Shown here piece by piece: positions 56,609-64,000 of a DNA stretch of 64,000 bases. The notes beneath the pieces are model-generated. The model was not told the origin of the DNA and did no database searches. It worked only from the letters and a program-made list of their open reading frames with translations. A program made the translations under genes and the position numbers. The stretch lies in NCBI GenBank assembly GCA_964016885.1, contig OZ024743.1, forward strand, positions 179,738,001 through 179,802,000. The letters run 5' to 3'. The stretch is from Eledone cirrhosa. Its lineage: Eukaryota. How positions within the stretch are numbered: the first letter of the stretch is position 1; each line of letters opens with the position of its first letter.

Positions 56609-57640
56609 GCTGCCCTTTGGCCCCTTGTAGCCTTAGTACCCCCACCCCCTCCCCTAGTCTATGATAGATTTGGCGGACTCCGCCCTTTATAGCAGTTGGT
56701 TTAGACCCCGGATACTTGTCCCCTTTTTCCGACCGCTCCCACTATTCTCTGTGCCCTCTATATTTCTTAGTGGCACTTATGCCTTATTTTTTCGTTTCAG
56801 TATTTCTTTCTTCGCTTTTCTTTTGGGCGGCGTGGATTCTGAATTTATTTTTCCGTATTCTACCTTTACTTCGTACGAACTTTCATGTAGCTTGTTTTAG
56901 ATCTTTTAGAGTTAGCATTAGCAAATATTTTTCTCGGGACTCAGAATTATTATCTCGTACTAGTTCACTTTGCTGCACTGGGTCGTTGCTGGCCCGGGAT
57001 GGAAACCTTTATTGTTTATTTCGTGGTAGTCTCTTTAGTATTTTGGCCCCTTTTGTTGACCCGTCACCGTATCATTTACGTACTTATACCTCTTAAAAGG
57101 GTCCTTGCCTAACTCGTCCCACCTAGTTCTTTTACTTATTTCGTTATTTCTTTATTTCTTTCTTTACTTCTTTCTTTCTTTATTTATTTATTTATTCTAG
57201 CCTAACAATAGCTAGAGACCTAGGTCGTAGAATTTACTTTACTTTTTTCTTTACACTAATTTGCTTTTCTTCACTCTCAGTATTTTTTCTTTCCTATATA
57301 TTTCTACCCCCCATTGTTCTACCTACCGTTCCTACTTCCTCCCCCTCCCCCTCCCCTGTATCTTCTTTGACCTCATGCCCAGCTGTAGCTGCCACTACCA
57401 ACGCTTGATTGGGTCTACTCCACCCCCTCCCCTCTTTCTCCTACTGGCAGGTTTAGCCACCATCTCCCTAAACTAATTTGCAACCACAGAATTACTACTG
57501 ATTTTTGACAATCACTTTGACCATATATGGAATTACCCCTTGAGAAGATCGGCTATTTAAATACCAGGATAAATTTTCATTTAGTCCAGAATTAGCCGTC
57601 GAAACGGCTTGAGCTCAGCTGTCGGGGTCTTACTGGTTCC

Positions 57641-57642
<2 letters not shown>
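56609..57642 (+). mobile_element. PLE pLTR-like non-coding element with terminal HHR, within (TA)n
   Basis: HHR at 57536-57627; same family as the 6814-6926 palindrome. Confidence 0.6.
57536..57627 (+). ncRNA. type I HHR, U3-A8 variant
   Basis: cccc TTGAGAA ga(t)cggcta..tagccgtc GAAAC ggct-tgagctc-agct GTC gggg. Confidence 0.7.
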
Positions 57643-57682
<40 letters not shown>

Positions 57683-57687
<5 letters not shown>

Positions 57688-59559
57688 TATGAAGAGAGAA
57701 GAAACATTTAGATATAATTGGTAATAAAATGTATCATACCTAAACTGCTCCTAAATTCCTCGACTACGTAGTTTCGTGGCATAAACAAAAACAATATATC
57801 AAAGATATAGAGTCCTTGCGAGGTCTGCCAACTTATCAAGAGGATACCTCATTTTACTAGTCTCAAGAACGCGTCTACACGACGTGAGAAAGAATCCCAA
57901 AAGGCGGAGGGGGAGATAGTCACGCGATATAACGGTCGAGAAACAGAGCTAAGCCTCTTATAACCACGAAGAAAATACCACGGAGGCGGAGGGGGTATTC
58001 ATATCGAGGCCGTAGAAGAGGTAGTGAAGAAGGCGAGAAGTACGAGTAATGGAAGCTTTCCAGTTGTCCCCACACTTCAAAGATTGCTCGACCAGAGGGA
58101 GTTATTAATATATTTAGAAACACACAGATACATGCGGACACACACATATATACATGAATGCATCCGCACCCAACTGCGAGTTAAGGGTGCCAACTTCACC
58201 GATGTTGCTCAATGAATGACTGGGACAGACCAATTCAGTTTGAACCAGACTGAACCAGTATCAGAGTTAAAAATACATTATGAAGAGAGAAGAAACATTT
58301 AGATATAATTGGTAATAAAATGTATCATACCTAAACTGCTCCTAAATTCCTCGACTACGTAGTTTCGTGGCATAAACAAAAACAATATATCAAAGATATA
58401 GAGTCCTTGCGAGGTCTGCCAACTTATCAAGAGGATACCTCATTTTACTAGTCTCAAGAACGCGTCTACACGACGTGAGAAAGAATCCCAAAAGGCGGAG
58501 GGGGAGATAGTCACGCGATATAACGGTCGAGAAACAGAGCTAAGCCTCTTCTCGACCGTTATATCGCGTGACTATCTCCCCCTCCGCCTTTTGGGATTCT
58601 TTCTCACGTCGTGTAGACGCGTTCTTGAGACTAGTAAAATGAGGTATCCTCTTGATAAGTTGGCAGACCTCGCAAGGACTCTATATCTTTGATATATTGT
58701 TTTTGTTTATGCCACGAAACTACGTAGTCGAGGAATTTAGGAGCAGTTTAGGTATGATACATTTTATTACCAATTATATCTAAATGTTTCTTCTCTCTTC
58801 ATAATGTATTTTTAACTCTGATACTGGTTCAGTCTGGTTCAAACTGAATTGGTCTGTCCCAGTCATTCATTGAGCAACATCGGTGAAGTTGGCACCCTTA
58901 ACTCGCAGTTGGGTGCGGATGCATTCATGTATATATGTGTGTGTCCGCATGTATCTGTGTGTTTCTAAATATATTAATAACTCCCTCTGGTCGAGCAGTT
59001 TTTGAAGTGTGGGGACAACTGGAAAGCTTCCATTACTCGTACTTCTCGCCTTCTTCACTACCTCTTCTACGGCCTCGATATGAATACCCCCTCCGCCTCC
59101 GTGGTATTTTCTTCGTGGTTATAAGAGGCTTAGCTCTGTTTCTCGACCGTTATATCGCGTGACTATCTCCCCCTCCGCCTTTTGGGATTCTTTCTCACGT
59201 CGTGTAGACGCGTTCTTGAGACTAGTAAAATGAGGTATCCTCTTGATAAGTTGGCAGACCTCGCAAGGACTCTATATCTTTGATATATTGTTTTTGTTTA
59301 TGCCACGAAACTACGTAGTCGAGGAATTTAGGAGCAGTTTAGGTATGATACATTTTATTACCAATTATATCTAAATGTTTCTTCTCTCTTCATAATGTAT
59401 TTTTAACTCTGATACTGGTTCAGTCTGGTTCAAACTGAATTGGTCTGTCCCAGTCATTCATTGAGCAACATCGGTGAAGTTGGCACCCTTAACTCGCAGT
59501 TGGGTGCGGATGCATTCATGTATATATGTGTGTGTCCGCATGTATCTGTGTGTTTCTAA

Positions 59560-59563
<4 letters not shown>
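57683..59563. mobile_element. 591-bp non-coding HHR unit: ~1.5 tandem copies plus ~1.7 inverted copies, within (TA)n
   Basis: Period 591 (57683/58274); inversion at about 58549; copies near-identical; four HHRs; no meaningful ORF. Confidence 0.9.
58648..58733 (+). ncRNA. type I HHR, U3-A8 variant (also 59239-59324 plus; 57758-57843 and 58349-58434 minus)
   Basis: cctc TTGATAA g t tggca..tgcca c GAAAC TACGTA GTC gagg. Confidence 0.82.
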
Positions 59564-59607
<44 letters not shown>

Positions 59608-59611
<4 letters not shown>

Positions 59612-60123
59612 AAGTTTTATTTAAATTGTTGGGTTACAACGAGTAAATATTTATAACTGATATAAAAGCACTCAACAAGTATTTGGAGTATATTTACGAT
59701 ATTAAATAAATGGAAACTATATTTATAAAACCATATTTATTTCATTATATATATTTCAGGGATATCAAATTAAAAATATGGTATGCCTTCATCAGACAAA
59801 ATACAATATAAACAGTCTTATAAATAGATAGATTTGACATACCTTACAACTTCAACTTCCATTTAAAAAGTTGATTTGGTAAATAGATAGATTTGACATA
59901 CCTTACAACTTCAACTTCCATTTAAAAAGTTGATTTGGTACCAAATCAACTTTTTAAATGGAAGTTGAAGTTGTAAGGTATGTCAAATCTATCTATTTAT
60001 AAGACTGTTTATATTGTATTTTGTCTGATGAAGGCATACCATATTTTTAATTTGATATCCCTGAAATATATATAATGAAATAAATATGGTTTTATAAATA
60101 TAATTTCCATTTATTTAATATCG

Positions 60124-60125
<2 letters not shown>
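59608..60125. mobile_element. fold-back pLTR remnant of the 28415-31457 Naiad family
   Basis: Palindrome 59697-60124 centred on tttggtaccaaa (about 59939); ~59-bp tandem duplication in the left arm; CTGATGA agg..cct GAAA at 60025-60066. Confidence 0.8.
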
Positions 60126-60194
<69 letters not shown>

Positions 60195-60195
60195 G

Positions 60196-60324
<129 letters not shown>

Positions 60325-60393
60325 TAAATATTATATATATATATATATGTATATATATGTATATATATATATATTAAATATTATATATATATA

Positions 60394-60495
<102 letters not shown>

Positions 60496-60507
60496 ATATA
60501 TATAATA

Positions 60508-60692
<185 letters not shown>

Positions 60693-60712
60693 CACACATA
60701 AACATACACACG

Positions 60713-60806
60713 TACGAGGTTGCGCTGAAAAGTTCCCCTGCAAAGGTAACCGATCTACCCTTTCTCCATAACCTTAAAACCGGGAACTTGTCAGCATCCC
60801 TGCTAT
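60713..60806. mobile_element. short mariner-like MITE
   Basis: TA cgaggttgcgctgaaaagttccc ... gggaacttgtcagcatccctgc TA; imperfect TIRs resembling mariner ends. Confidence 0.5.
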
Positions 60807-61294
60807 ACAAATGTATACATTGAGGTGGTATGTGGTTCAGAGTGTAGAGACAGCCGTCGAGAAAAGGGTTTTCTGATTTGAAGACATTTCACTTATACTA
60901 TAATGTTTTTTGTAAATTAATGACATTAACGATAGAATGTCCCATTATCCCTCCCCTAACACAATAAGCCATATATTAACCACCCACCAACCAATATATT
61001 TCTTTCATAATTTAACAGAGAAAATTATGTATATTTAAATAAGTTAACAATTTGTTAAGAGTGAAGTTGACAGAAAATATATACCACCCTAAAATGATTG
61101 CCGCGGTTGGTTAGTCGCAGTTAAAAGGTTTTCCAGATTATTCATGATGAGAGGCATAGGTGCCGTGTCATCCTCTTCTCTTGGGAGTATCTAAATAGTT
61201 TACAGTTCTGTTCTTATCAAGCGCGTATGTGTGTTGATGTTCTCTCTCGTTCACTCACTGCATCCGTCTCTCTCACTCTCCCCATCTCTCTCTA

Positions 61295-61690
61295 TTATAT
61301 ACGAATGGAAGCCCAGGCGCTGGCCGTGCCGGCGGACAGAATAGAAAAAGAGTTTCCTCGGGGGATGGTAAGGGAGACGCGTTGGGAGACAAATTCCAGC
61401 TTGCAAGCCTCACACCTATGTGTAGCCAAATCTGTGCCGATGGTGGGGAGTAGGAAAGTGGTCCTAGGGCCAAGGACACCCGAACTTTCCACAGCTACGG
61501 GCTCGAGCGCAAACCTGTCAGAGAGCGACCGATATTTGGAGAGTTTACTCTCCTCGGCCCGAAGTGCAGCAGATTCTGGATTAGTTGCAGACTGTACCAA
61601 GTTGCCGCTGGAAAATATGTCGCTTCACGTGGCCTCCCAGATGAGGGGTTTACCACCGCGTTACGAGAAGATGGCCATGTCAAGTAACTT
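61295..61690 (-). pseudogene. CRE-like non-LTR retrotransposon RLE C-terminal fragment
   Basis: GKPLIWEAT..AALRAEESKLSKYRSLSDRFALEPVAVESSGVLGP..QRVSLTIPRGNSFSIL. Confidence 0.7.
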
Positions 61691-62564
61691 GATTGATATT
61701 AGAAAATGCATTCTTCTTTTTTATCTATAGAGGTGCTGTGGTGTTATAACAACTATATCTAACACGATGACCGTCCATAACTCTCCTTTATAGACCAGTT
61801 TACAACGTGTTTGTAATGCCAGGTTGAAGATAACCAAAATAAATATATTGAGATACATTTCATATGTAGATGAGGAAGACGTAAATGTCATAATATTCGC
61901 ATTGTCTTCTACAAAGATCAAGCCATTAATGTATTACATACAAATATATAGAAGATATACAAGAGAAATATATGTGAAATATATTATATACAATATTCGT
62001 ATTGTCTTCTCCTATTATGATCAAATCATAAATATATCATATACAAGAGAAATATAGGAGATATATGTTTTAAAAAAAATATGTAGATGTGAAATATATT
62101 ATATACAAGATAAATATATGCGAAATATATTATATACAAATATAAGGAATGCCTGAACGTCATAATTTTCACATTATCTTCTCCTAAATATATTATATTC
62201 AAATATTTGTTGAAGAAAGAAGCGCAGCTGTTAAAGTTTTTCAAATGTCACTTTTACTATTAATTATTAGGCTATAAGAAAGAAGATATTTTTTCACACC
62301 AGAATATCCTGACAACGAAACAAACTCCTTAAGGATAAGAGTACGTTAATCACACTAAATGACCGTTCAATAGAATGTTCGTATTTGTAGACAGAACTAC
62401 TCCGTCAACAAGCAGAGTTTCAGACATTCTGGCATTCATTTGGGAATCATTGCTTTATTTTCTTCTCAAACATACTTCCCTTTGGAAAGTTTGAAAATCA
62501 AACTATTGATATCTTCACAGCTGCGACAAAAATGTGGGACACACACGCACATATATATACATAC

Positions 62565-62621
62565 GTATGTATGTATGTATGTATGTATGTATGTATGTAT
62601 GTATGTATGTATGTATGTATG

Positions 62622-62655
<34 letters not shown>

Positions 62656-62987
62656 TCATCTTGGTATGTATGTATGTATGTATGTAAATATCATCTTGGT
62701 TAAGAGAGTGGGACTGGCTTTGTGCAGTTCCTTTGCTCACTATAAAATCTTTACGGCATAGGCATAGGCATTACTTTATATCTGGAGATCTCTCTGCACT
62801 TCTCGTCACATGGTACCATGGGCCCAGCACTATGTGTCAATAATTGTCACAAGTGTAGTGTTTGTACCAGAGTTTTCAAGTCGCTGGCTGGACTAAAAAG
62901 TCACACTCGTTCAGTGCTTCGGTAGGGGTTCTCCTACATGGATATAAAGTAGTGGCCGTACTCGAAAACGAGTTGGCAGCCACCATG
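62565..62987 (-). mobile_element. short retroposon with (CATA)n tail
   Basis: Reverse-complement homolog of 38465-38760; (TATG)n at 62565-62686. Confidence 0.7.
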
Positions 62988-63039
62988 TATGTATACACAT
63001 GTACATATGTATATATGTATGTGCATGTGTATGTATATG

Positions 63040-63320
63040 CGCGGGGACATAGAAATAGTCGGGCTGGATACCCGATTGCGCGGTTAAACCACTGGGAGTG
63101 AAGGACCCCTAGTTTTGTCAAGACATTTTTTATAGGAGAAGGCAACTAAGGAAACTGGGATAACTCCGGCATAAAACCTTTGGCTCAGTAGTTACCGATG
63201 ATGTTGATATTTTCTTCTTTTCAGGTTATAGTTGCTATCGCTCAGAGAGTAGGATTGGCTCAGTGCACAGTCTTTCCTCACTTTAAAAGAAATCTTCACG
63301 CACAGGCATTGCACGATAGA
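63040..63320 (+). mobile_element. related RTE-like non-autonomous fragment
   Basis: Similar to the reverse complement of 38690-38880 (taggagaagg..ccgatgatgttga..ttcttctttt). Confidence 0.5.
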
Positions 63321-63425
63321 ATTAATTAATAATTATTAATAATGGTATAGCGTACAATAGCCATACTCGATAACGAGGGGGGGGGGGGGGCAGCCATCAT
63401 GTATGTATGTACGTATGTATGTATG

Positions 63426-63460
<35 letters not shown>

Positions 63461-64000
63461 ATTTTGTATATCTAATGATATATGGTATGTTTACGAATAA
63501 ACATTTGGCAAGCCTTTTATCTATGAATATTGAAAAGCTGGCGTCAAGCGCCGTCTAGCAGATTCCAGCGGAAACAGCGAGGGACAACAACCAACTCGTT
63601 TCTGGCTCTGGCCGTGATAAGGAAAGTGCTTTACCGCTCTACTTTCTGCTGGAATTTGAAAAAGGCGAGAATATATAGTTTTTTCGCCTATTTAGATGGG
63701 CTAATTAGCTTTATTTTCCTATCTAGTTGTCAAGCGGGCTCAGGCTGAAAGCTGTATACATATAAGTATATATGTCTACTCGTTAGACAAGCATGACCAT
63801 TGCTGACGGATTGACGTATAACTGATTGTTCCTACGAACGTGAGATTATCTGACTTTTGAATCCGGCGAGAGATTTACACCCATCCATTCATACATATAT
63901 ACATATTGGTTGCTACTTATTGTCAGAAGAGTGACATCCCTTCATTGAACATTGCACGATCATGGTGACTTTTCACGCAGGTGACTTTTCAGACCCGCTT

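Overview
Eukaryotic, AT-rich, repeat-dominated window with no supportable host exon; the SINE families and the extreme (TA)n content suggest an octopus or other cephalopod genome (inference). It is dominated by Penelope-like retroelements (PLEs) inserted into (TA)n microsatellites. There is one apparently full-length Naiad-type element (823-aa RT+GIY-YIG ORF, 43585-46056 minus, with tandem and inverted pLTRs), four 5'-truncated or decayed Naiad-type copies and one non-Naiad GIY-YIG fragment. Reading by eye finds type I hammerhead ribozyme (HHR) motifs in about 15 sequence-unrelated families. Many sit in ORF-less 310-660 bp units that are terminally redundant or tandem, often with fold-back inversions (retrozyme-like units or solo pLTRs). 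The HHRs have palindromic stem III, often a greatly enlarged stem II, and recurrent core variants (U3-A8 covariation in three families, C4 in two). Also present: about 17 tRNA-derived SINE copies, Dong/R4-, CRE- and RTE-like LINE fragments, a mariner-like MITE, a 42-copy 74-bp satellite and a 200-N gap. All calls come from manual reading; boundaries are approximate to about 10-20 bp.
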